Shown here piece by piece: positions 28,874 through 37,689 of a stretch of DNA of 64,000 bases. The DNA is from Candidatus Poseidoniaceae archaeon (GTDB lineage: Archaea; Thermoplasmatota; Poseidoniia; Poseidoniales; Poseidoniaceae). Below the pieces are notes generated by a model that was not told where the DNA came from, ran no database searches, and saw only the letters and a list, made by a program, of their open reading frames with translations. Numbering within the stretch: position 1 is the stretch's first letter; each line of letters starts with the position of its first letter. The position numbers were made by a program, and so were the translations under genes. The DNA lies in NCBI GenBank assembly GCA_949372645.1, contig CASIAP010000009.1, positions 65,107 through 129,106 of the forward strand, written 5' to 3'.

Positions 28874-29580
28874 TGACTCCGATGCAAAACCCAGGCGCTT
28901 ACTTTCTTCAACACTATCGTTTTGAAAACAAGAGGAAAAAACAACAACGTTTCCGTCTTCAATCGCTTACTCTTTTACTCCTTCTTTTGGGGGTGGGAGG
29001 ATGGTTCTCCGAACCGATTTCACTCAGCATGATATTCGTATTCGAAGGTTTAGCATTTGGATTCGTAATTCTTCTCGCCGTTTCAGGAAAAAGAAAGGCC
29101 ATTGAGCGCCAAGAAGCACTCTTCATGTTGCTTGAAGTTGACCCGGCCATACTTGAACAATCAAACCGAATGGAACTCGCTTTCCAAGCAGTACAATCTG
29201 GTGGCTTAGAATCGATTCAAGTTTCGAAAACCCAACGGCGTAACCGTGGTTCCGATGAGAAAGGGTTCACTTCGGGGCGAAACGAATCCAAGTTGGACGC
29301 CTCACAACCTCGTAGAGATTCCTCCCTTTCTGAACCATCCTATCAAGGATTAGAAGATGATTTACGCCCATCAGAACTCTTGGTCAATGAAGCCAATACT
29401 CGATACGGTGAAAGAGCACAAGAGCGATGGCAAGAGGCTGAATCCAAGGATACAGATCTCATCGAAGCAGGTGTTGAACGGTTGGGGGATTTGGTCAAAA
29501 CCGATTGGTTTGAGAAAAATGCAAAGGATGGCGCAGTCCAAGATTTAATCGATTCTAAAAACTCAGAAGAAGAATATTGA
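28873..29580 (+). CDS. hypothetical membrane protein (2 TM plus charged cytoplasmic tail)
   Basis: ATG 28873 is coupled to the upstream stop. TM segments LTLLLLLLGVGGWF and FEGLAFGFVILLAV. C-terminus NSEEEY. Confidence 0.45.
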   Translation: MTPMQNPGAYFLQHYRFENKRKKQQRFRLQSLTLLLLLLGVGGWFSEPISLSMIFVFEGLAFGFVILLAVSGKRKAIERQEALFMLLEVDPAILEQSNRMELAFQAVQSGGLESIQVSKTQRRNRGSDEKGFTSGRNESKLDASQPRRDSSLSEPSYQGLEDDLRPSELLVNEANTRYGERAQERWQEAESKDTDLIEAGVERLGDLVKTDWFEKNAKDGAVQDLIDSKNSEEEY

Positions 29581-29616
29581 GGCAACCCCAATAACTACGA
29601 CCACCTCGGATGAGGT

Positions 29617-30372
29617 ATGGTGATGAATGCCATCTTGGTTGCTGGGGGGCGTGGAAGCCGTTTGTACCCATTTACTCGGTATACTCAAAAGACTCTCTTG
29701 CCATTATACAATCGACCAGTTCTTGATTTTGCACTCGGGACAATACGTCGTGCAGGCATTAAGAATATCACGATCATATCGAATGAATTCATTGGACAAA
29801 TCGCACGCCATATTGGCTCAGGTCTAGAAGGTGAGAAAATTCACTACGTACTCGAGGAAGAACCACTTGGAGTTGCCCATGCACTGAATTTAGCACGCCC
29901 GTACAATCAGAATTGTCGAGTATTGGTATATTTTTCAGATAATATCACCACGCTGGAACTGTCAGACGAAGTAGCCCGATTTAACAATGAAACAGAGAGC
30001 CCAGGGTGCGTATTAGTCGCCCGGGAAGAATCAAATCCGGAAGCATTTGGCGTAGCTGTATTGGATGAAAACGGAAACGTCACTGACATTGTTGAGAAAC
30101 CAGAAAATCCTCCTTCGAACCTTGCGATTGGAGGAATCTATCTGTTTGATGAACACTTTTGGGATTACTTAGACCTAGCAGTCTCCAGAAAGGGTGACTC
30201 TTTTTCCATTTCTGATATTACCCGGCAGTATGTCCAACTCGATAAAGCAAAACTATTGTCAATTGGTGAAGAAACATGGGTTGATTGCGGTACGCCCGAA
30301 TCACTCCTCTATGCATCACAAATGGCACAAGATGGGAAATTAAACCCCGAACCATTCCCAAGAGATCGATAG
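29617..30372 (+). CDS. sugar-1-phosphate nucleotidyltransferase (glucose-1-phosphate thymidylyltransferase-like)
   Basis: ILVAGGRGSRLYPFTRYTQKTLLPLYNRPVL signature, plus LGVAHAL and EKPENPPSNLAIGGIYLF blocks. Confidence 0.8.
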   Translation: MVMNAILVAGGRGSRLYPFTRYTQKTLLPLYNRPVLDFALGTIRRAGIKNITIISNEFIGQIARHIGSGLEGEKIHYVLEEEPLGVAHALNLARPYNQNCRVLVYFSDNITTLELSDEVARFNNETESPGCVLVAREESNPEAFGVAVLDENGNVTDIVEKPENPPSNLAIGGIYLFDEHFWDYLDLAVSRKGDSFSISDITRQYVQLDKAKLLSIGEETWVDCGTPESLLYASQMAQDGKLNPEPFPRDR

Positions 30373-30406
30373 TAAAAACAATACCTATGGGCGCGACCCT
30401 TGAGAC

Positions 30407-31231
30407 ATGAAGGTCGGTATTATCGGTGCAGGAATGGTCGGAGGAGCCATCGAGATTTGTTTCGCAGATGCGCATGAATTGTTTGTTCACGACCCCGCCC
30501 GAGGCACCCAATTATCCGATGTCACCGACCATGTCGATTTTGCATACATTGCAGTTCCAACCCCTCCGCACCCAGAAACTGGAGCGTGTGATACACGTAT
30601 CGTCGAAGGCGTTTTGGATGAATTACCGGCCGGGTTTACTGCGGTCATCAAGAGTTCAGTTGTCCCAGGCACCACTGAATCATACCACGAAAGGTACCCA
30701 CACCTCAAGATTGCTTACTCGCCAGAATTTTTGGTTGAACGGCAACGTCTCGAAGATTTTGCAAATCAGGATTTACTTGTTTGTGGAACCCACCATGCAG
30801 ATGTAGCAGAACGGGTGTTTGCCCAGCATAAAGAAGCTGGAGTCCTACGCCAACAAAACCTCTTTCATGTGACTCCTACTCAAGCAGAATTAGTCAAGTA
30901 TACTAAAAATACATTTTATGCAATGAAGGTAATTTTTGCCAATCAGATGTATGATATATGCCAAGGGATGGGCCAAGATTGGTATACAATTCGTGACATG
31001 ATTACCGCTGAACAAGCTCAACCCATTGGCCCCTCTCACCTTGACCCGATTTTCGGCCTTAACCGAGGCTTTGGTGGCAAGTGTCTCCCGAAAGACTCAC
31101 AGGCTCTTGGGGTATTGGCAGAGTCTATGGATTGTAAATATGAATTCATGGATGCGATTCAAATTGACAACTCTAAACTTCGCAATGTCCTGACAGGTAA
31201 ACCCAGTGACGTCATCACAAATGACGATTGA
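30407..31231 (+). CDS. short UDP-glucose/GDP-mannose dehydrogenase-family protein (N-terminal NAD and central domains only)
   Basis: [15 protein letters not shown] Rossmann start, [10 protein letters not shown], and the catalytic-Cys block FGGKCLPKD. At 274 aa it lacks the usual C-terminal UDP-binding domain. Confidence 0.7.
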   Translation: MKVGIIGAGMVGGAIEICFADAHELFVHDPARGTQLSDVTDHVDFAYIAVPTPPHPETGACDTRIVEGVLDELPAGFTAVIKSSVVPGTTESYHERYPHLKIAYSPEFLVERQRLEDFANQDLLVCGTHHADVAERVFAQHKEAGVLRQQNLFHVTPTQAELVKYTKNTFYAMKVIFANQMYDICQGMGQDWYTIRDMITAEQAQPIGPSHLDPIFGLNRGFGGKCLPKDSQALGVLAESMDCKYEFMDAIQIDNSKLRNVLTGKPSDVITNDD

Positions 31232-31241
31232 GGATGCTAGG

Positions 31242-31667
31242 ATGAATCGCCCCAAAGTAGCAGAAGTTCTTCCGAGAGGAACGTTGCAACGTTTTGGAAT
31301 CGCCGGGGGTTTCAACACCTTTCTATTCTGGATCATATGGGAGATTCTCCGATCAACTTTTCTTCTTGATCTTTTCAGTGAAACGGCAATGTGGTCTATA
31401 TCGTGGGCCATTTCGAGTATGTTCGCTCATTTTGTCCATCGAACTTTTACATTCGATGGCCGGAAAAATGTCAAGAATACTATTCTCGGGGCACTTTCTG
31501 TATATGCGTTTGGAATGGCGGGCTCAACGCTCTCATATGATGCACTCATCACGCTCTTTGATGCCCCGATTCGCTTGATGTTCTTGATTAACATGCTTGG
31601 CTGGGGCTTGTTCACATGGGCTACAATGCGATGGCTTGTCTTCGGATATACATCTGAAGAAGAATAA
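31242..31667 (+). CDS. GtrA-like membrane protein
   Basis: 141 aa from ATG 31242, 4 predicted TM. FGIAGGFNTFLFWIIWEIL is typical of the GtrA family. C-terminus YTSEEE. Confidence 0.65.
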   Translation: MNRPKVAEVLPRGTLQRFGIAGGFNTFLFWIIWEILRSTFLLDLFSETAMWSISWAISSMFAHFVHRTFTFDGRKNVKNTILGALSVYAFGMAGSTLSYDALITLFDAPIRLMFLINMLGWGLFTWATMRWLVFGYTSEEE

Positions 31668-31668
31668 A

Positions 31669-32031
31669 TTAAACAGCGTGCGTCTCAATAAGGTCGAATG
31701 GAATAATTTCCAATGCCTTTTGGTGCGTCGACTCCATGTCGATGGGGCATGCCGTTCCTGCATTGACAGCATCCAGCCAGGTTTGTGCACAGACGCACCA
31801 CGAATCCCCAGGTTTGAGCCCCGGAAATCCATGCTGAGGCATTGGCGTAATCAGGTCATTTCCTTTTGATAGAGCATAACTTAGGAATTCTTCTGTAACA
31901 ACACAACAAACGGTATGTGAGCCTCTATCATTAGAGTCAGTGTTACATTTCCCGTCCCTATACCAACCTGTCATCGGGGCACAGGAACATGTGTCGAGCG
32001 GCTCTCCCAGGACATTGAGGCTTTCATCCAT
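31669..32031 (-). CDS. DUF2237 family protein
   Basis: 120 aa from ATG 32031. NVLGEPLDTCSCAPMTGWYRDGKCNTDSNDRGSHTVCCVVTEEFL...GFPGLKPGDSWCVCAQTW closely follows the DUF2237 pattern, as I recall it. Confidence 0.75.
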   Translation of the reverse strand: MDESLNVLGEPLDTCSCAPMTGWYRDGKCNTDSNDRGSHTVCCVVTEEFLSYALSKGNDLITPMPQHGFPGLKPGDSWCVCAQTWLDAVNAGTACPIDMESTHQKALEIIPFDLIETHAV

Positions 32032-32180
32032 GTCATAAGCAGGCACACCTCTGCCATGAAGTCTTGCTTTTAGAATTGTCAAAGAGGAGTATTTTGGCTG
32101 ATTATTTTTCGGTTAAGAATCCCTTTACGTAACGAAGAATCAGCGTTGGGTTCTAAGTCTATGTCGAATACGCAGGTGTA

Positions 32181-32612
32181 ATGCTACCGGACACAGTACA
32201 CAAACTCCCTCGAGAAGAACGTTTTGCTTATGCGCGTTTACTTGCGTTTATGGCGAGGGTTGACAATGAATTGACCGTTGATGAGATGGCTATGTTCGAG
32301 CAACGACTTGGCACAGCCCTCCTCTCCCCCCCTCAAAGGAAAATGATACGTAGTGCTTTGAAATCACCGCCTTCGTTAGAAGAATGTCTTTCAGCAATGG
32401 GTGAAGAAACGGGTCGGCTCGCTTTGCGCGATGCAACTTTGATGGCTGCTGCCGATGGCACTGTTGATGAAGATGAGCGTGAAGTATTGGATATGATTGT
32501 CGAACATTTTGGACTGGCCCCAGATTCAGTTGACCATCTACTCAAATGGACTGCGAAAGGCTACCGTTGGATGCAAGAAGGATACGATATCCTCAACGAG
32601 ATATCGGAGTGA
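32181..32612 (+). CDS. TerB-like domain protein (paralogue 1)
   Basis: 143 aa. YARLLAFMARVDNELTVDEMAMFEQ and LRDATLMAAADGTVDEDEREVLDMI match the two-repeat TerB/DjlA-N helical pattern. Confidence 0.6.
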   Translation: MLPDTVHKLPREERFAYARLLAFMARVDNELTVDEMAMFEQRLGTALLSPPQRKMIRSALKSPPSLEECLSAMGEETGRLALRDATLMAAADGTVDEDEREVLDMIVEHFGLAPDSVDHLLKWTAKGYRWMQEGYDILNEISE

Positions 32613-33043
32613 ACTCCGTGTATCTCGACCTTGCAGTGGATTTCGCTCAAGAAGATGTCAAAGGGTATGCTGAACTCATGGTCATCATCGCTTCAGCAGA
32701 CGGCACACTTGTCAAAGAGGAACTTGCCATTATTGAGGCACTTATGGGGCGATGCATGATGCACCCTGAAATGAGAGTAAATATCCGTAATTTACTTGAG
32801 AAACCCCCCGCGCTCGACTTGGTGATTTCGAAATTAAATCCTATCGTATTGAAGATTGCTTTACGAGACGCAATCCTTGTTGCAGCAGTAGATGGGGAGT
32901 ACGATAAATCGGAGCTGAAAATTATTAAAATCTTGGCCAAAGCGGCCGGAGTTCGTAAAAAAGAACTTTCAGCCTTATTTGAGTGGGTTAAAACGGGCTG
33001 GGAATGGCATAACGAAAGTTTTCAACACCTCGGACTTCTTTGA
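32609..33043 (+). CDS. TerB-like domain protein (paralogue 2)
   Basis: GTG 32609 overlaps the upstream TGA (GTGA). YAELMVIIASADGTLVKEELAIIEAL and LRDAILVAAVDGEYDKSELKIIKIL. It shares the C-terminal W-x2-G-x-W motif with paralogue 1. Confidence 0.6.
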   Translation: MNSVYLDLAVDFAQEDVKGYAELMVIIASADGTLVKEELAIIEALMGRCMMHPEMRVNIRNLLEKPPALDLVISKLNPIVLKIALRDAILVAAVDGEYDKSELKIIKILAKAAGVRKKELSALFEWVKTGWEWHNESFQHLGLL

Positions 33044-33131
33044 AAAACCCATTTTTTGGTAATTTTAGGACCCTCAATTCAAGGGTCACATTCAAACCGG
33101 AAAAGCCAGCCCGCTGGTTTGGGTGGGGTCC

Positions 33132-35126
33132 ATGCAAAGCGGAGTAAGCGGATGGTATGCAAGACTAGACAGGTGTCTTGGAGATCGTACCGAACAAATC
33201 CATATTTGGCTTGCCGCATGGGAGCAATCCCTTCTCGTTCATCAGCCAATTGCAGCTCTTCTCCCTGAAGATTGGCCAACCCTGCCAGCAAATCTCTTAA
33301 CCGACCCTGGCCATGTCCTTGACCATCTCTTAGCACGCCATGACGCTGAGGCTGACGGACGCTCCCCCCGCGGTGCTCATCCAACCCCTCCACGTTTGGC
33401 AGATGCAGTCATTGCCTCTGAGTTATTGGAAAGCTTGACGCGCCCCAAAGCCCCGACTCAAACCTCTTCAATGCATTTGAACAACCTTCCACCAGGTTTC
33501 CGACAACACCTCGAAAAACTCAATCTTCCTCAACTTACCCAAGAAACTGAAGTCGATGACGAATCAGAATTTGAACGGGTAAAACTTGGCCTCCGAACGC
33601 TCAGTGGAATACCTCTCCCAGTTGCAGACACTTCTTGTGGCGGCGGAATCTTCCACGCACGCTTGATTCGCCGGCATGCTGAAAGTCACAGCGACAGCCC
33701 CATCGAGCGAAAAGTAGCTGATACCAAAGCTCTTCTTTCTTCATTCCAATTACTCGACAATGACGATTTAGTCGTCTCTTCGACACGGCAACGTCTGTTG
33801 CTCGAATGTATTCGTTTTGATTTGGTAAGTTTGAAATCAAACAAACCGGGATGCCTGCCCCGTAATGAAGCAGAACAATTACTTGAACAAGCAGTTCGAC
33901 AAGGTGACACATTGCAAGGCGGTTGGCCTTGGAGTGAAGCACCCCGCCTTATTGTTACCAATCCACCTTGGCTGAGAATTAAAGACAGGTTTCGCGGAAT
34001 GGAAGAGGGTAGCAAACTTCGCCGAGAACTTGGTGAGCAATTGCGAGCGCTCTCTGATGACGGAGTTCCACGCTTCTCAACTATGCGAGGGAACGTTAAC
34101 CTCTACCGCCTTTTCATTGAACGGGGATTACAAATCTTAGAACAAGGCGGACGCCTACGCTTAATTGCCCCAGATAGCATTCTCCGAGAACAATCTTCTC
34201 ATCCCCTTCGCCAACTGCTTGTCGAAGGGCATGGGTGGAGTGAGGTTTGGGCTATTGAAGAAGCAAACCACTTGTTCCCTGGAATGACTCAGGGGGTTGC
34301 CGTTCTTGGCATTACAGCAAAACAAGAAACCGAGAAACTGGTGATTCACGGGCCAATCAGCCGTGCTGATTTACGCCGTGATCAAAAAGGTCTTTCAAAC
34401 CGAGTCCCTTCCTTCGAGATGGAAAAAGAGCGTTGGGTTGCCTGGGCTAAAGACACCTGGGCTATTCCTCGCCTACCTCGTGATCGTGTCGAGCGTAAAC
34501 AAACATTGCAAATTCTTGACCACCTCGCTAGCCTTCCACGAATGGGGGAGCAACAGCATGCCATCGCTACCAACGGACACACTATCCGTGTTCGTGTGGG
34601 GGAGATCGATCAAACAGCACACTCCAAATCCATTGAAACATGGGTCAAGGGACGTGGCTCACGTCCTTTTATCCGCGGCGTACACTTTTCTGAAGATGAA
34701 GATGGCCAAGTCTTTGTCCGCCACCCAGCTTTCCGAACAGATATTCCTTCAAGGGCTAATGAACGGCAACTTGCTATGTGGTGTGGAAGTGCTGAACCGA
34801 AATTCGGCCCTCGACTTGCTTGTCAAGCCATCGTCAATGCACACCAAGAACGCCGACTTCGCTGGGCAGTTATTCCGTCAGGTTGCGTTCTCGGGAACAG
34901 TGTGAATCATATCGAACTCCATTCTGATATCCAAGAACGTCTTATTCGAAGCCATGGAACGCTTGAGAAAGCCCTCCACTGGATGTGCGAATTGTTGAAT
35001 GCGAAAGATCTCGATGAATGGGCTCGTGCTTGGTCTGCAAATAATAACGTCAATAATTACGAATTAGAAATGCTTCCAGTGGAAACCTTGTCCGAAATAC
35101 CGGAATTGATGCTTTCAGTTCAGTAA
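33132..35126 (+). CDS. N6-adenine DNA methyltransferase, Eco57I/PglX-like architecture (MTase plus TaqI-C-like specificity region); no nuclease domain seen
   Basis: GAHPTPPRLADAVI block, motif I VADTSCGGGIF, motif IV VTNPPW, later LYRLFIERGL...GGRLRLIAPDSIL. The C-terminal end ...NNVNNYELEMLPV is typical of this class. Confidence 0.8.
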   Translation: MQSGVSGWYARLDRCLGDRTEQIHIWLAAWEQSLLVHQPIAALLPEDWPTLPANLLTDPGHVLDHLLARHDAEADGRSPRGAHPTPPRLADAVIASELLESLTRPKAPTQTSSMHLNNLPPGFRQHLEKLNLPQLTQETEVDDESEFERVKLGLRTLSGIPLPVADTSCGGGIFHARLIRRHAESHSDSPIERKVADTKALLSSFQLLDNDDLVVSSTRQRLLLECIRFDLVSLKSNKPGCLPRNEAEQLLEQAVRQGDTLQGGWPWSEAPRLIVTNPPWLRIKDRFRGMEEGSKLRRELGEQLRALSDDGVPRFSTMRGNVNLYRLFIERGLQILEQGGRLRLIAPDSILREQSSHPLRQLLVEGHGWSEVWAIEEANHLFPGMTQGVAVLGITAKQETEKLVIHGPISRADLRRDQKGLSNRVPSFEMEKERWVAWAKDTWAIPRLPRDRVERKQTLQILDHLASLPRMGEQQHAIATNGHTIRVRVGEIDQTAHSKSIETWVKGRGSRPFIRGVHFSEDEDGQVFVRHPAFRTDIPSRANERQLAMWCGSAEPKFGPRLACQAIVNAHQERRLRWAVIPSGCVLGNSVNHIELHSDIQERLIRSHGTLEKALHWMCELLNAKDLDEWARAWSANNNVNNYELEMLPVETLSEIPELMLSVQ

Positions 35127-35249
35127 TCAAGTAAACTACGCCCCACTTCTTTCAGTATTGCAATCCCACGCGACTGCATTGGTGTGCAACATCATTTATT
35201 ACTGATAAGCCACTGCATTGACCGTTAGCGATTGTTCGTGGTGAGTTAT

Positions 35250-35831
35250 ATGGGTATTCATCCAAAGATCGGCATAACAGGCTTACCTCGTAGCGGCAAA
35301 TCTGCCGTTATGGAAAAAGTTCTTGAAATGCTTCACGATGAACGAACTCGTGAGATCAAGATGAGAGGTAGTTTGACTGAAGCGCCTATTATCGGTGGGA
35401 TGCGGACTGAGCCTATTTTAGACGGCAGTGAACGATTAGGATACAGTGTATTTAACATCGTTACTGGCGAAAATGCAATTATGGCCCACAAGGATATTGA
35501 TTCACGCCTTCGTGTCTTGGGCTATGGAATCGACACAGAGGCACTGGAACGAATCGCAATTCCCGCAATTGAATTCGCTCGGGATGAATGTGAAGTTTTG
35601 GTGATCGATGAGATTGGGAAATTCGCTGTAGAAAGTGAAGCATTCGTTAGCACTGTTCGTAGTGCACTTGAAGTTGACAAACCGACACTCCTGACATTAC
35701 ATAAGAAAAGTCGACATCCTTTGTTGCAAGACATCCGCCGTCGTGACGACGGCCGTATCCTTGAAGTTACACCTGTGAATCGGGCATTACTGCCTTACAA
35801 AATTCACAAACTCATGAGAGAAACCTACTGA
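35250..35831 (+). CDS. P-loop nucleoside-triphosphatase, THEP1/COG1618-like
   Basis: Walker A IGITGLPRSGKS, Walker B VLVIDEIGKF. Size (~193 aa) and the LGYSVFNIVTGE substrate-loop region fit THEP1-type NTPases. Confidence 0.7.
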   Translation: MGIHPKIGITGLPRSGKSAVMEKVLEMLHDERTREIKMRGSLTEAPIIGGMRTEPILDGSERLGYSVFNIVTGENAIMAHKDIDSRLRVLGYGIDTEALERIAIPAIEFARDECEVLVIDEIGKFAVESEAFVSTVRSALEVDKPTLLTLHKKSRHPLLQDIRRRDDGRILEVTPVNRALLPYKIHKLMRETY

Positions 35832-35879
35832 GCGCAGGCTTGCCGTTGGGTTCATTGCCTTGTTCCTCCACGCAGGTCT

Positions 35880-36218
35880 ATGAGCAAACCATCCGATGCA
35901 GCTTCGACGCTCTTGCTCGGCACCGGAGTTGGTTGCTTTCTTATCACTGGGTTTGGACTTGTTCAGGGGAGAATGAATCTCGAAGTGATGAGTTTAGGTT
36001 GGCTCTTTCCATTCATTGGTCTCTTCATGATCATACTTTCAAAAATGATTCTTTCTGGAACTGGTCCCTTTTCTCACGCCTTTCCTGACGAAGATGACGA
36101 CATGTTAGCTGAACGTGTACGAAGCGAAATTGAAACCACTGTAAAGGATGGAAGTGTTAGTTCTGCTTGGGCGGAATTAGAAGCTGCCGTACTTGAATCT
36201 GAACTGAGTGAAGAATGA
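35880..36218 (+). CDS. hypothetical small membrane protein
   Basis: 112 aa with 2 TM (LLLGTGVGCFLITGFGLV, LGWLFPFIGLFMIIL) and an acidic tail ending ELSEE. Confidence 0.45.
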   Translation: MSKPSDAASTLLLGTGVGCFLITGFGLVQGRMNLEVMSLGWLFPFIGLFMIILSKMILSGTGPFSHAFPDEDDDMLAERVRSEIETTVKDGSVSSAWAELEAAVLESELSEE

Positions 36219-36238
36219 AGTTGAGGGCGATAAACCGC

Positions 36239-37651
36239 TTATTCTTCCGTTAAATCCGGTGTTGAATATTCCCCATTACGCTTGACGTGGAGAGTAAGTC
36301 CTATACTTGCCATAGCACCGGGAATCCATCCAAACCATAGCGAAGCAAGGAATGGTTCATTCCACCAAAAGGGAAGTATTGCGCACATCACTGTGGTGAA
36401 AAGAACCGGATAGAATACGAATGAAGCAGAAGGCGAAGCCACATCACGTTCGATGAACCATGGAGTGAGACTCGACCATGGCAAAGCAAGCCAAATTGCA
36501 GGGATCAGGAATACAGCAAAGGGTGTAAACAGGCAAAGAAGAATCGGAGAGAAAACAAGGGTCATTTTCATCCACCATATTTCTGGACGTGGGGCAGCAT
36601 CAAACCCAAGTGCAGGTAAGAATTGCACCAGCATCATTGCAGAAACGGCAACAGCAGCTACCCAAAACCCATACACATAAGCTCCAAGACCAGATCCAAA
36701 TACCTGAATTTGATCGAGGTGAAGTGGTGTTAAAACGAGAATTAGAAGTGCCATTATTGCAGCCAAAACCAACATCCCCCAACTCCGCCCATCACCATGA
36801 TTGAGTTCGGATTCTATTTCGACTGCAGGATGAATGGTTATTGCTAAGCATATGCCCAAGTGGAGCATGAGGATAAGCGGCAAAAGCATTCCCATTTCAG
36901 GGATTTTTTGCAACCAATTCCCATCCACATCCATCGAAATCGAGAGCCAAATAATGGTTGCTAAGGAGATGAGAAGTACTTTATTCCGAGCCCTCCGAGC
37001 AAGCTTTTGAAAATTCCCCCCTGCAAAAAACAATGTCGAGACTGCAAAAAGTTCACCCCCAAACATCGTAATTCCAGCAAAGAGAAGGAGTGGCACAAGC
37101 GTATACCAGGAGGGGATCACCCCTATCGGGTTGAGAGGCAATGTAATGGTGTCATAATAGGCAGGCTCGGGGAAAAGAATGGCAGAAAAGAGCAAGATAG
37201 TCAACCCTGCAAACATCATCATACGATTGCGAAAACCTTGCCGTAAATCGATACGTGCATTCACCAAACTTGGTAATCGTTCCGAAAACAACGCGAACAG
37301 GAAGACGATCAAGACAGTCAACTCAACACCACCATTTCCAGTTATTATCAATTTCAAATGGTGAGCTGAGAACTCACCAGGACCCAGATACTGTGCGATT
37401 TCAATATGTGACATGTCGTGCTGAATCAATGACTTGAGGCGAAGAACCAATATGAATAATACCTGAATCGGAGGTAACCAGCGTATGGCAAAAATTGCTT
37501 TCGACCAGAAGGGAGTGTTCTTCTTTTTTGCATATTTATCGATTGCCTCATAGAATATCCATGCGAAGAGGCTAATCACGAACAGCGGCAAAAACCACGG
37601 CATTGTGTCCCCCAACATGGTTGAGGCGTAGGGTGCAAAGCCCTTGAGCAT
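36239..37651 (-). CDS. hypothetical polytopic membrane protein (>=12 TM)
   Basis: Highly hydrophobic ORF. Start set at ATG 37651 because the 498-aa track ORF overlaps the divergent gene at 37690. No transporter signature recognised. Confidence 0.55.
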   Translation of the reverse strand: MLKGFAPYASTMLGDTMPWFLPLFVISLFAWIFYEAIDKYAKKKNTPFWSKAIFAIRWLPPIQVLFILVLRLKSLIQHDMSHIEIAQYLGPGEFSAHHLKLIITGNGGVELTVLIVFLFALFSERLPSLVNARIDLRQGFRNRMMMFAGLTILLFSAILFPEPAYYDTITLPLNPIGVIPSWYTLVPLLLFAGITMFGGELFAVSTLFFAGGNFQKLARRARNKVLLISLATIIWLSISMDVDGNWLQKIPEMGMLLPLILMLHLGICLAITIHPAVEIESELNHGDGRSWGMLVLAAIMALLILVLTPLHLDQIQVFGSGLGAYVYGFWVAAVAVSAMMLVQFLPALGFDAAPRPEIWWMKMTLVFSPILLCLFTPFAVFLIPAIWLALPWSSLTPWFIERDVASPSASFVFYPVLFTTVMCAILPFWWNEPFLASLWFGWIPGAMASIGLTLHVKRNGEYSTPDLTEE

Positions 37652-37689
37652 GGCGGAAGCAAGATAGAGAGGGGACAAGACCCCCAAAC

